NCBI GenBank assembly: GCA_951406725.2
Contig: OX597831.1
Location: 27,528,001-27,592,000 of the forward strand
Direction of reading: 5' to 3'
DNA from: Octopus vulgaris
Lineage: Eukaryota
DNA: 64,000 nucleotides
Made by a program: the position numbers and the translations under genes. The notes under the pieces are model-generated. The model saw only the letters and a program-made list of their open reading frames with translations, searched no databases and was not told the origin of the DNA. Shown here piece after piece: positions 52,505 to 64,000 of this stretch. How positions within the stretch are numbered: the stretch's first letter is position 1; each line of letters starts with the position of its first letter.

Positions 52505-53195
52505 TAATTCAGAAGTGCATACATACATAACCCGTGAATATACATACATATACACATGTATATACATATATATATACATACATACATACATAACTCGTGA
52601 GTATACATACATATATATATATATATATATACATACATACATACATACATATACACATGTATATACATACATACATACATACATATATATATACACACAC
52701 ATACATATACACATGTACACATGTATATACACACACACATACATATACACATGTACACATGTATATACATACATACATACATATATATATACACACACAT
52801 ACATATACACATGTATATACATATATATATACATACATACATATACACATGTATATACATATATATTTACATACATACATACATATATATATACACACAC
52901 ATACATATACACATGTATATACATATATATATATACACACATACATATATATATACACACATACATATACACATACATATACACATGTATATACATACAT
53001 ATATATATACACACACATACATATACACACACATACATATACACATGTATATACATATATACATACATACATATATATATACACACACATACATATACAC
53101 ATGTATATACATATATATATATATATATACATACATATACATACATACATACATATATATATATATACACACACATACATATATACACACATGAC
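52505..53195. repeat. Compound (TA/CA/CATA) microsatellite with TACACATGTATATAC higher-order unit
   Basis: Direct reading; explains ORFs 52334-53321. Confidence 0.95.
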
Positions 53196-54864
53196 ACGAA
53201 CATACATAACGCATCAATATTAACGCACCTCTTTCTTTCACAGTTGAAAGAGATCGATAATGAATCGAGCACACCCGCCCCCATATATATCGGCGTGTTG
53301 GGGTGGCGAGGGATGAGATGATGGGGTGGGGGGGGATGCGACTAGAAACGGGTGGATCGACAAGTAGGTAGCGGAGTCGTTTCTATAAATGTCCCTGATT
53401 GTAAAAAAAAAGACTTAAGTGAACCACCGTGGTGTGACACGGGTGACATGGCACAGAGGTTACATCAACCACCCCTGGGTGGCAGAGGGGGGGCCCCGAG
53501 TCTGAGGTTTTACAGAGGTGGTTGGAAGAAAGGAAGTTGCGAATTTATCCTTTCTTTGTCGTTAGACCGCGGCCAGGCTGGGGCACCGCCTTCGGCAGAA
53601 ACGATCCCAGTACTTTTTTTTTTGTCTTTTAAAAACCCGGTACTTATCCTATCGGTTTCATTTGTCGAACCGCTAATTTACAGAGACATACACACCGGTT
53701 GTTAAGAAGCGGTGGGACACACACACACACACACACGACAGGCTTCTTTCCGTTTCCGTCTACCAAATACACGTACAAAGCTTTGGTGGGCCTGAGACTA
53801 TAGTAGAAGACACTTGCCCAAGGTGCCACGCAGTGGGATTGAACCTAGAACCATGTGGTTGGTAAGCAAACTTCTTACCATAGCCACACTGATAGTATAA
53901 TGGCCTCACCGCTCCACCTCACTGTGTTTATCCTTGTAATGCCCTCCCTTCTTTGGTGGGGGACAAACACAAACCTAAAGACACACACAAAGACCCATCA
54001 TCCATATATATACATTAAGACGCCTTGGTACATTGTGTGCCACGAAGAGGGACTGAACCCGGAACCATGTGGTTGGGAAGCAAGCTTCTTGCTACACAGC
54101 CCCGCCTGCACTTATATAGAATATTAAATCAAGTATAGATGATCTGAAAGTGAGTATTGTAACAGGTGGAGTATAGATGTACGTATATAGTGTTGAACCA
54201 AGATATACTTATACAGAGTATACCATAAATCTCGTAATGAGCACAAAAAGACATGAGGGATAATTTTAACAAATGCTCTAGTGTGTCTGTGTGTGTGTTC
54301 GGAGAGGGGAGGGTCACTCCGTGGTTACTCAGAGTTTTATTCGCTGGCTACGTACAATCTTGTTTGTCACCACCCGAAAGGTTGCACATAAAGTGGCCGG
54401 GGAAGAAAGCAATTTCGAACGAATGAATATATTATTAATTTCATGTACTCTTCTCTCGTATGTGCAATCACATCCAGAATGTATGTTAAGTATACGCTTA
54501 TGTTGGAGAGAGGGCTGGTTCAACGAGTATCATGAAATGAAAATACTCAATATTTTAAAAAACACAGAGTTAAATATCTTTTATATAATTATGGTATAAA
54601 ACCAGTCATAGTGTGTTACTCGGAGTATTAGATGATAACCCCTCCACACACACAATGCACCAGTGAAAGTTCGTACAGAACAGGATCACACGCGCGGGCT
54701 TTCATGTACCAGATGTGGTCCAATCTACACGGAATTTCATCTGATATTCGAAGTAACATGTTTTGTCTGGTTCCATACAGTAATTGTTGTGTGTATGTGT
54801 GTGTGTGTGTGTGTGTGTGGTGTAGACGCAGAGACATGAGAGGAGAGAGAGAGAAAAGGAAGCG

Positions 54865-55001
54865 ATGAAACACGAGCAAACAGCTGACGTGGCCGCGTGC
54901 TCCTCTGTAGCAAAGCACAACGTTGAACGACAGGAGATGGGAGACAACCTCATACAAACACCGTCTCAATGTGTCACATCTACGGGTTTGAAGAAGTCGG
55001 G
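54865..55001 (+). CDS. Candidate first coding exon of an unidentified divergently transcribed gene
   Basis: In-frame stop at 54823-54825, ATG 54865, second in-frame ATG 54937 in strong context GAGATGG, open to TCG GG|GTATGT (donor at 55002). Peptide MKHEQTADVAACSSVAKHNVERQEMGDNLIQTPSQCVTSTGLKKS has no homology I recognise. Unique, CpG-rich sequence. Confidence 0.3.
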
Positions 55002-55329
55002 GTATGTGTGGTGGTGATGGTAGGAGTGGGGGGTTGATTACGTTAATCCGAGTTTAACAATCCAGTGACTCAAGGGCCGAGAGTTTCGTGCGTTAGCATT
55101 TACCAAGATACTCTTACTGGTTTCAGTCATTAGACTGTGGGCATGCTGGAGCACTACCTTTAGTCGACCAAATCGACCCCAGGACTTATTTTTTGTAAGC
55201 CTAGTACTTATTCTATCGGTCACTTGTGCCGAACCGCTAAGTTACGGGGACGTAAACACACCAGTATCGGTTGTCAAGCGATATTGGGGGGGGGGACAAA
55301 CACAGAGACACAAACATACACACACATAC

Positions 55330-55375
<46 letters not shown>

Positions 55376-56419
55376 CATACACACACACATATATTTATAC
55401 ATATATACGATGGGCTTCTTTCAGTTTCCGTCTACCAAATCCACTCACAAGGCTTTGGTCGGCCCGAGGCTACAGTAGAAGACACTTGCCCTATGTGGTT
55501 CATAAGCAAGCTACTTACCACAAAGCCACTCCTATGCCTTACGATTCGAGGGGTTATAAATTCATATACCAGCGTGGCAACGTGGTAAGAAGCTTGCTCC
55601 ACAGCCACATGATTCTGGGTTCAATCTCACTGCGTAGCACCTTGGGCAAGTGTTTTATACTATAGCCTGAGGCTGATCAAAGCCTTGTAAGTGGATTTAG
55701 TAGAAATTGCAAAAAGCCCGTCGTATGTGTGTGATTGACTCACCACCACTTGACAACCGGTATTGGTGCGTTTACGTCCCCGAAATCTAGCGGTTCGGCA
55801 TAAGGATCTAGTAGAATAAGTTGTGAGATAAATTCATTCAGCTAAAAATTCTTCAAGGCGGTGACTCAGCATGGCCACAATCTAAATGACTGAAACAAGA
55901 TAACGTCCACTTTTATCTTAATTTCAAGTTGACAAAGAAACCTCCATATTGTTGCTCAACATGCTAGAAATAACAGCTACCTCTCACTAAAATATCACAC
56001 TTATATCCCGGACTTTTAACATCTGATTCTTGGACATGCCTAAAGAAGTTTGCTAAAGCATAATTTTAAGCCAGACTTCTCATCCGACTGTTCCACTCCT
56101 ATTTTACCAACGGTTCTGGTCATTAACTGCAGCAATTTCACCAATCCAGAACCATGACCTACACAGGTCAAATACACTAACCCTTTCTTCTAACCCCATC
56201 TCATACACAAAGAAAACCCACCTAAAACGTTAGTCTCAGTAAATCCCAATCAATGTTACTCTAACCCAGACAACTTAGCTATAGTATAAAGGGGTTTTTT
56301 TGTGCCCCTGAATATATCTTTGGGTTGAACAGTGTCCATCCACCCTTCCCTTGGACACAAAGTGGTGAGTCTCAAAGCTTTAAAATTTAGTCAGAGATAG
56401 TCTGAGGGTTGGATTTGGA

Positions 56420-56882
56420 TGCAATGTAGGTACAGTATGTGTGGGGACAGGTACGTTGCATACCTGCATGCAGGGGCAGAAACAATGCACATCTGCAGGT
56501 ACAGTATGTGTTGGGGCAGGTAAAATGTATATAACCTCCACAAGCACAACATGTGTTAGAGTAGATGCAAAGCAAATCTATAGGCATGACATGTTGGGTG
56601 AGATGCAATGCAGGTGTTGGGACAGGTGCAAAGTGCATCTACGGGTATGGCATATGTTGGGTTAGGTACAATACACATAGCATCTGCAGGAACAGCAGGT
56701 GTTGGGGGTAGTTGCAAAGCACATCTACAGGTATGACATGTTGGGTAGGTGCAAAGCACATCAGCAAGTATGACATATGTTGGGTTACGTACAATGCACA
56801 TATCTGCAGGCACAGCAGGTGTTGGGGCAGGTGCAAAGCATATCTGCAGATATGACATATGTTGGGTTAGGTGCAATGTACT
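56420..56882. repeat. ~40-bp minisatellite (CACATCTGCAGGTATGACATGTGTTGGGGCAGGTGCAA-like)
   Basis: About 11 diverged units. Confidence 0.88.
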
Positions 56883-59089
56883 TGCCTCAAGCATGGTTCT
56901 GATATAAACTTCTTAATTACATGACCACGTTGTCATGGATTCAATCTTTCTCCATAGCACTTCAGACAAGTGTCTTCTACTGTAAACTTAGCCAACAGCT
57001 TTAAGTGGAATTTGATAGATGGAAACTGCAGAAACATAAGTATATTTCTTAAGGGTAATTTTTATACTTATTTTCACTTTAAACCCTTTAGCATTTAAAC
57101 TGGCCTTATCCAGCCAAAACATCCTACTTGTTTTATCCTCTAACTGGCCAGATCTGGCCTCTTACACTTCTGCTACAAAATTATTTCAAAAATCAACAAT
57201 CAGGCCATTGATTTGAATTAGCCATGCAGTACCACCTTGTAGCTTTGAGATTTCAATGTGAATAATTAAGCAATACATTTAACAGAGAAATCTGAATGCT
57301 AGAGTCAAATAAGTACAAATACTATAATAATTGTTAGTCTCGCACAATAAAATTTACAGACTCATCGAAAAGTGCTGTAAAATATTAACTTTACTCTGAT
57401 GATGGCTGTATCCATGTAAAAACTTTAGAGACATCAATTGATAAAAGTCTGCCTTTTAAGGGTCAAAAAAAAGGAATGACATATCTATCGGCTATTGTAG
57501 TCCCAGATAATGCCAAGCCTGAAAACAGGATGGTCACAATTGTAGCACTTTTGCTCATACTTCTGCTGGATCAGAAATGAGCTGAGGTTGAAAAACAACA
57601 ACAGGAAGAAAGGACAATTGATTGTGTGGTCCTAGATACACCCATGTCTAAATAAAGAAAATGGGATAGTGATAAATGAAACATTGCCAGATCAGGTCTG
57701 ACTCAGGGCTAAATAACAGTATTAGTCTTTATTAACTGAAGTTTTCTCTCAGGTTCTACAACAGTCTCTTCTTTTAGTTGGGTTCTTTTTAAAACCAGTT
57801 TCCATCCAAATTCCAATATTCTATATTTGTCCAAGACCTACATTACTCTGTAGGGAGCATAGGGCCAGTTCCCCAGTTTTTCTGGTGTGTATGTTGCTCC
57901 CTGGATGGGACACTGGTCTGTTGCAGAATTACTCATTTTTACCAAATTAGTGGACTGGAATAAGGTGAAAGGAAGTGTTGCCTGGTCCAAGAATCGAAAC
58001 CACAATCTTACTATCATGAATCCAACATTGTAACCACTAAGCCATGTGCCTCCAAGTGTTGTAGTTGCTGTTCGTTCCTTCTCGAGCCATGCCTGGCTCA
58101 TGAGGGCCGGTTTCCTCAGTTTAATTGGCATACAGGTACCCCACCTGGACAGGACGCCGGTCTGTCACAGGTGAACTGCTAGATGCAGGAGGAAAGAGTG
58201 AGGGAAAGTTGTAGCGAAAGAATCAGCAGAAGTTTGTCATTACCTTCTGCCAGAGCCACATGGAGCTTAGGTGTTTTCGTTCATAAACACACACATCGCC
58301 CGGTCTGAGATTCGAACCCACGATCCCTCAACCGTGAGTCCGCTGCTCTAACCACTAGGCCATGTGCCTCCAAGAAGGAGGAATTAGTTGATCCAACTGT
58401 GATTTGTTCTAGTTGGATAATGTACCACCACCACCACTGTTGCAGACTAGAAATGAAGTCTGAGTAGAAATACAACACAATGGTTGTAGCAAGATTTGTA
58501 CTCTTTACTCTTTTACTTGTTTCAGTAATTTGACTGGCCATGCTGGAGCAACACCTTTAGTCGAGCAGATCGACCCCAGGACTTATTCTTTGTAAGCCTA
58601 GTACTTATTCTATCTGTATCTTTTGCTGAACCGTGAAGTTATGGGGACGTAAACACACCAGCATCGGTTGTCAAGCGATGTTGGGCGGACAAACACAGAC
58701 ACAAACATACATATATATGACGGGCTTCTTTCAGTTTCCGCCTACCAAATCCACTCATAAGGCTTTGATCGGCCCGAGGCTATAGTAGAAGACACTCGAC
58801 TGAACCCAGAACCATGTGGTTCGTAAGCAAGCTACTTATTACACAGTCACTCCTATGCCTATACTAACAATATTAAGATAGGAACATTATGTTGTTGTTA
58901 GCAGTCCAGCTTTTAATTTCACAAACATTCTGTGAGACACCTACACACAGCATAAATGTATACAATACACACACACACACATATGTATATACATACATAA
59001 AGTTAAACCAAACAAGAAAACACAAAAACACAATAACGCGAGGACGTGGAACAAATATAGTATTATTGGACGCTCAGGAAAGAAGGAGG

Positions 59090-59124
59090 GCTTAACGTTT
59101 CGAGCAGAGCTCTTCGTCGGAAAC
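59090..59124 (-). ncRNA. Minimal type I hammerhead-ribozyme-like motif (Penelope/retrozyme type) with a U4C core variant
   Basis: Minus strand GTTT-CCGACGA-A-GAGC-TCT-GCTC-GAAAC-GTT-AAGC: stem I GTTT/AAGC, stem II GAGC/GCTC, palindromic AACGTT in place of stem III. Confidence 0.6.
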
Positions 59125-60068
59125 ATAGGAGAAGGAAAGATCCAGAGAAGGGAAGACAGAGGAAAAAAAAAAAAAATCGCCAACGGTACACACGAGGTCA
59201 TATTTTGAAAACATATACATACATAGATACATACATACATACATGTGGTAGTGGTATTATATAGTTTAGTAATAATGGCTTCAGATTTTGGCACAAGGCC
59301 AGCAAGTTCGGGGGAGGGGGATAAGGTGATTACAACGACCCCAGTGCATAACTGGTACTTATTTTATAGAATCTGAAAGGATGGAAGGCGAAGTCAACTT
59401 CGGCAGAATTTGACCTCAGAATGCCATTAAACATTTTTCCCAGTATGCAAACAATTCTGCCAACTCACCACCTTATAGTTTAATAATATTAATAGTATTT
59501 GTGAGTTATATTCTTCCTGGGGAGGGTGGGAGGGGGGGTCAGGTTATTTTTTATTTAAGGTGGGGGGTTACAGTTATTACTAATTTATGTGTGTAGTCCC
59601 TTATATTAGGAGAGGTGTTAGCGTGCTTATATCCACATAACTTAGTAGTTCAGCAAAGGAGATTGATAGAATAAGTATCAGGCTTCAAAAAAAAAAAAAA
59701 AAAAGAGAAAAACAAGTCCTGGGGTGGGGGTGAAGTTGTTCAACTAAAAACCCTTCAAGGCAGTGTTCCAGCATGGCCACAGTCAAATGACAAGCAAGTT
59801 AGAGATAAAAGATTGAGGAGGATTTCCTGTAGATAATACTACTTTAAGTCTTTTTTCATTTTTTTTTTTTGCTTGTTTCATGTGTGTATGAGTAAGATAT
59901 CTTGTACTTAAGAAGGTGGTGAGTACAGACAGAACATACTGCACCTACAACGAAACTGTACTCTGTTCCTCTTACCATAGTCTTTGCTTGTCAACCACTC
60001 CTCAGGAAATAAAAGTTACAAACAGTTGTTCTGGAGGTTAAGACAGAGCCGACTTCATGATTGGGAAT

Positions 60069-60512
60069 TTAACTCTTCAGCATTTAACCCTTTAATGTTC
60101 TGATTATTCTATCAAACATAATGCTTATTGATTCACGTTGATTTGAATTAATCATGCATTATCTCATATCTTCAAGATCTTGATGGTGTAATTACTTAAT
60201 GTAGAATAACATTGTAGGGTAGGTGTGAGAGCCTGGATCTGGTCAGTTTGAACATAAAACAGATGAAATATTTTGGCCGGATATGGCCGGTTTAAATACT
60301 AAAGGGTTAAACCAGCCAAAATATTCTACCTGTTTTCTGTTGAAACCAGCCAGATCAGGCCTCTTACACCTACCCTACAATGTCGTTCTAAAAGTATACA
60401 GCCATATCATCGAAGTCTCAAAGCTATGGAGATAACACATGATTAATTCAAAAACAGTGTGGATAAATAAGCGTTACATTAGACAGAGTAATCTGAAGGC
60501 TTAAAGGGTTGA
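60069..60512. mobile_element. Family B MITE (60084-60310) inserted in an older, oppositely oriented family B copy
   Basis: TTAA at 60084-60087 and 60307-60310; outer ends TTAACTCTTCAGCA and TTAAAGGGTTGA. Confidence 0.8.
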
Positions 60513-60674
60513 AGATGACTGCTGTAGTCCCTGCTTTTAATAGCAGGGACTACAGCCAGTGTGGTTCATCTTACAACAATAGCAACAACAGCACCCAGGG
60601 TATAAAGACCAGAAAGTTTTAAAGAAGGTTAAGCCACAAGTTGAAGTAAGTTAATTACTTTATATTTTGTTGCT

Positions 60675-60707
60675 ATGAAGAGAGAGAGAGCGAAAGAGAA
60701 AGAGAGC

Positions 60708-60745
<38 letters not shown>

Positions 60746-60808
60746 AAGAGAGAGAGAGAGAGAGAAAGGGAAGGAGGAAGAGAGAGAAAGGGAGGGAGAG
60801 AGAGAGAG
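60675..60808. repeat. (GA)n-rich polypurine tract
   Basis: Direct reading. Confidence 0.9.
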
Positions 60809-63578
60809 TATTGGCTCCTTGCTCATGGATCAGGAGTTCAAATCCACTGCAGTTTAGTTGAATTTTCCTGCTCAGAGCACTTCATCTGACATTGCTCATG
60901 TTCAATGAGAGAGGTCAAGAGAATCAGCATTAGAGACAAGTATTTGAACTTGAAGGTATCAGGTGACATGATGACAGAGGAATGTTACCTGCTGTATACA
61001 AATACTATCTCGCCTGCTAAAGTACAACAGGTGTGACACAGGAGGAATGTGACCAGTTGTAGATGAAAACACTCTCACCTGTTAAGGTACAGCAGGTATA
61101 ATAACAGGGAATGTTACTTGCAATAAACTGATATTGTCTCACATCTGGATCCTGTAAACAGAGCTAAACTAAGCACCACTTCTCAATGGCCCTTAAAAGG
61201 AAGAACACATACACATTCATCATCATTTTAATGTCCACTTTTCCATGCTTGCATGGGTTAGGAGAGTTTATTGAGGCACATGTTCTACGACCTGATGCTT
61301 TCCCTATCACCAATCCTTACCTGCTTCCAAGTAAGGTAATATTTCCCAATGGCTTGACATGGATTTGCAGAATACTGGAAATAAATGACATTCATTTACA
61401 ATAATCTGGAGTCACAAACACACACAAACATTCTGACATAGTGGAGACGCGTGGCTTTGTGGTTAGGCTGTTGAAATTATGATCGTAAGGTTGTGGTTTC
61501 GATTCCTGGACAGGGTGATGCATTGTGCTCTTGAGCAAAACACTTCATTTCACGCTGCTCCAGTCCACTCAGCTGGCAAAAATGAGTAATCCTGCGACGG
61601 ACTGGCGTCCCGTCCAGGTTGGGAATTTCTACACCACTGAAACCAGGAAACCGACCCTTATGAGCTTGGCATGGCTCAAGAAGGAAAGAAGGAAAGTACA
61701 TTCTGACATACATGTCAATGTAATACATAGTATAAACATTCAAACACTGTCACTGTCTTTCCAAGTCCTGCTACATTTCACATAGAATTTTTGGTCCTCC
61801 AAAGTTGTTTTGGTGTAGAAGTTGACCTACCTTTTTGAAATTGGTAGTAAATTTTTACCATAAAAATGACATATGCCAGAAAATATGGTATAGGGCTTCT
61901 TTCAGTTTCCATCTACCATATCCACTCACAAGGCTTTGGTCAGATCAGAGCTATAGTAAAAGACACTTGCGCAAGGTGCCATACATTGGGACTGAACTCC
62001 AAGCCATCTGAATAGGAAGCAAATTTCATGGAAAGCAAACTGTATGTGTGTGTGTGTCTGTGTGTGTGACTCCATGATATCAACAACAAACTAATGAGGC
62101 ATTTATAAAGGTGAGGTAGTGTGTTCATACTGTACTAAATAGAATCCAGGTGTAACATAGGACTGTGCTGTAAATAGAATCTCGTTAGTTAATTAATTGC
62201 CAGAGAGTGATAATCGAGTAGTTAAAATACTTGCAGCCACTCTAAATAACCAACATAGCTGCGTGGGTGGGCATAGTGATTGTTAAAGGGTGGAGGTGGT
62301 GGTAGTGGTGGGGACGTTCAATTTTTTTTTATTCTGTTTTGTTTGAATGAGAGTGGGGTCAGGGGTGAGCCAATTTTTAATAATATTTACATCTGAATGA
62401 CTCCCACTGAACCGTGAAGAGAAAACCAGAAGAACCTGTTCTGAAAATACAGTCTAAACCAAATAGAATTATTTGCTTGGCCAAGGATGACACTAAAATA
62501 ACTAGACAGCACTGGCTTTGAACATGAGTTGATAAGCTGAAACACTGTAAGTCTAACAAACAAACTCATCTCAGACAAATAAGCCTGTCTTCAAAGGGGG
62601 TTGGGGCAGTTCTAAATGATTAAAGACATGTGACCTCCTCATTCCTACCACACGCACACAAAATGATCAAATCATAATGACAAAGCTAAGATATGAGAGG
62701 TCTTGTGTTTGCTCCCCATCCACTCCATTGTTGACATTGTCACAAAGAGGTGGATTTTTTTTTCTCCTTTGTCATGATTCTATTAAATTCACTTATTTTC
62801 TTTTTTTTAACTAAAAACATAAAAGAAAATTATCAAAGTGAATGACATGGTTTTTGTGTTGTATAATGGCAAATAAATATCAATGTGTGTATGTGTGTAC
62901 TGTAACCCATCAGAGACAATGTACATGCAGCAACCTACATTTACATGCATACAAAACGCATGACACACAGATATACACAACAGATTAAATACACAAATAT
63001 ATACACACACACAACAGACTACACACACAGAGCCTACGATATAAGCATAAACACACACAAGCACTCACAGATACATGCCTGAGTACATGACTTACGAGCT
63101 ACATTCATTGGAGTTTTAAAATTCTTCTGGGATTTCCTTTCAGTTTAGCCTTGTAGACTATGAACTCCCACCCCCAGAATATATATATACATACACACAC
63201 ACACACACACACAAACATGAGTTGCTTTTAGTTTCTGCCTATCAAATCCACTCACAAGGATTTGGTATGCCTGGGGCTATAGTAGAAGACACTTGCCTGA
63301 AGTACCACATAATAGGGCTGAACCTAACCCATGGGGCTGGGAAGCAAAGTTCTTACCAGACAAATGCTATTCCTGAAAACAAGATAGACACAGTTGCAAT
63401 GTTTTTGATCGTAGGTCTCCTAGACCGGGACTGCCCCGAGGAGAAACCACAACCAGTAAATTATATATATATATATATACTCTTTTACTTGTTTCAGTCA
63501 TTTGACTGCGGCCATGCTGGAGCACCGCCTTTAGTCGAGCAATTCGACCCCAGAACTCATTCTTTGTAAGCCCAGTAA

Positions 63579-63624
<46 letters not shown>

Positions 63625-63744
63625 GACAGGCTTCTTTCAGTTTCCGTCTACCAAATCCACTCACAAGGCATTGGTCGGCCCGGGGCTATAGCAGAAGACA
63701 CTTGCCCAAGATGCCACGCAGTGGGACTGAACCCGGAACCATGT

Positions 63745-63790
<46 letters not shown>

Positions 63791-64000
63791 GCACATTTTA
63801 AAACTCCAATGAATGTGTCTCATAAGTCATGTACTCATGTAATAAGCTTGATTCCCATCCACTTGGTCCTAGGTTCAGTCCCACTGTGTGGTACCTTGGG
63901 CAAGTGTCTTCTACTATACCCTTGGGCTGACCAAAGTTTTGTGAGTGGATTTGGTAGACAGAAATTGAATAAACCTCCAGTTCTATATTTAAGAGATGAG

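Larger units (their letters stand above)
50500..55100. promoter_or_regulatory. CpG-retaining putative promoter region of PI4K2, possibly bidirectional
   Basis: Visibly more CpG than the flanks (GCGCGCGCGCGCACGCGG ~52400). GC box CCCGCCCC 53274-53281, TATAAA 53384-53389, TGACGTGG 54885-54892. Lies immediately upstream of the PI4K2 ATG. Judged by eye. Confidence 0.5.

Noticed and set aside
52334-53321. Longest ORFs in the track (up to 316 aa)
   Set aside because: Translations of TA/CA microsatellite; the same applies to 11003-11613 and 32782-33936.
57394-57430. CTGATGA...AAAAC-TTT-AGAG hammerhead-like string
   Set aside because: GAAA core and stem III absent; plausible by chance.

Overview
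AT-rich, repeat-dense animal genomic DNA. The SINE families and microsatellite load look like an octopus (coleoid cephalopod) genome; I recognise this from memory, not from a search. One host coding exon is solid: the first coding exon of a type II phosphatidylinositol 4-kinase (minus strand, 51255-51013, canonical GTAAGT donor), with an atypical G-loop region. I could not find its downstream exons in the remaining ~51 kb, so most of the window is probably one very large intron. A CpG-retaining block at ~50.5-55.1 kb looks like the promoter region and holds a weaker candidate first exon of a divergent gene (54865-55001, +). The rest is mobile DNA and simple repeats: at least four SINE families (several nested, with TSDs), TTAA piggyBac-type MITEs, Helitron/Helentron-type non-autonomous elements, RTE and L1/Tx1 LINE fragments, hAT/Tc1-like MITEs, minisatellites and a tRNA-like pseudogene. 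Nearly all supplied ORFs are repeat artefacts. The most interesting signals are several hammerhead-ribozyme-like motifs, a tight TAATC/RCSI-like homeodomain site cluster at 6.3 kb, a LINE sharing its 3' tail with a SINE family, a 1.5-kb foldback, and several locally templated insertion or palindrome scars. I see no convincing wholly new multi-gene system.
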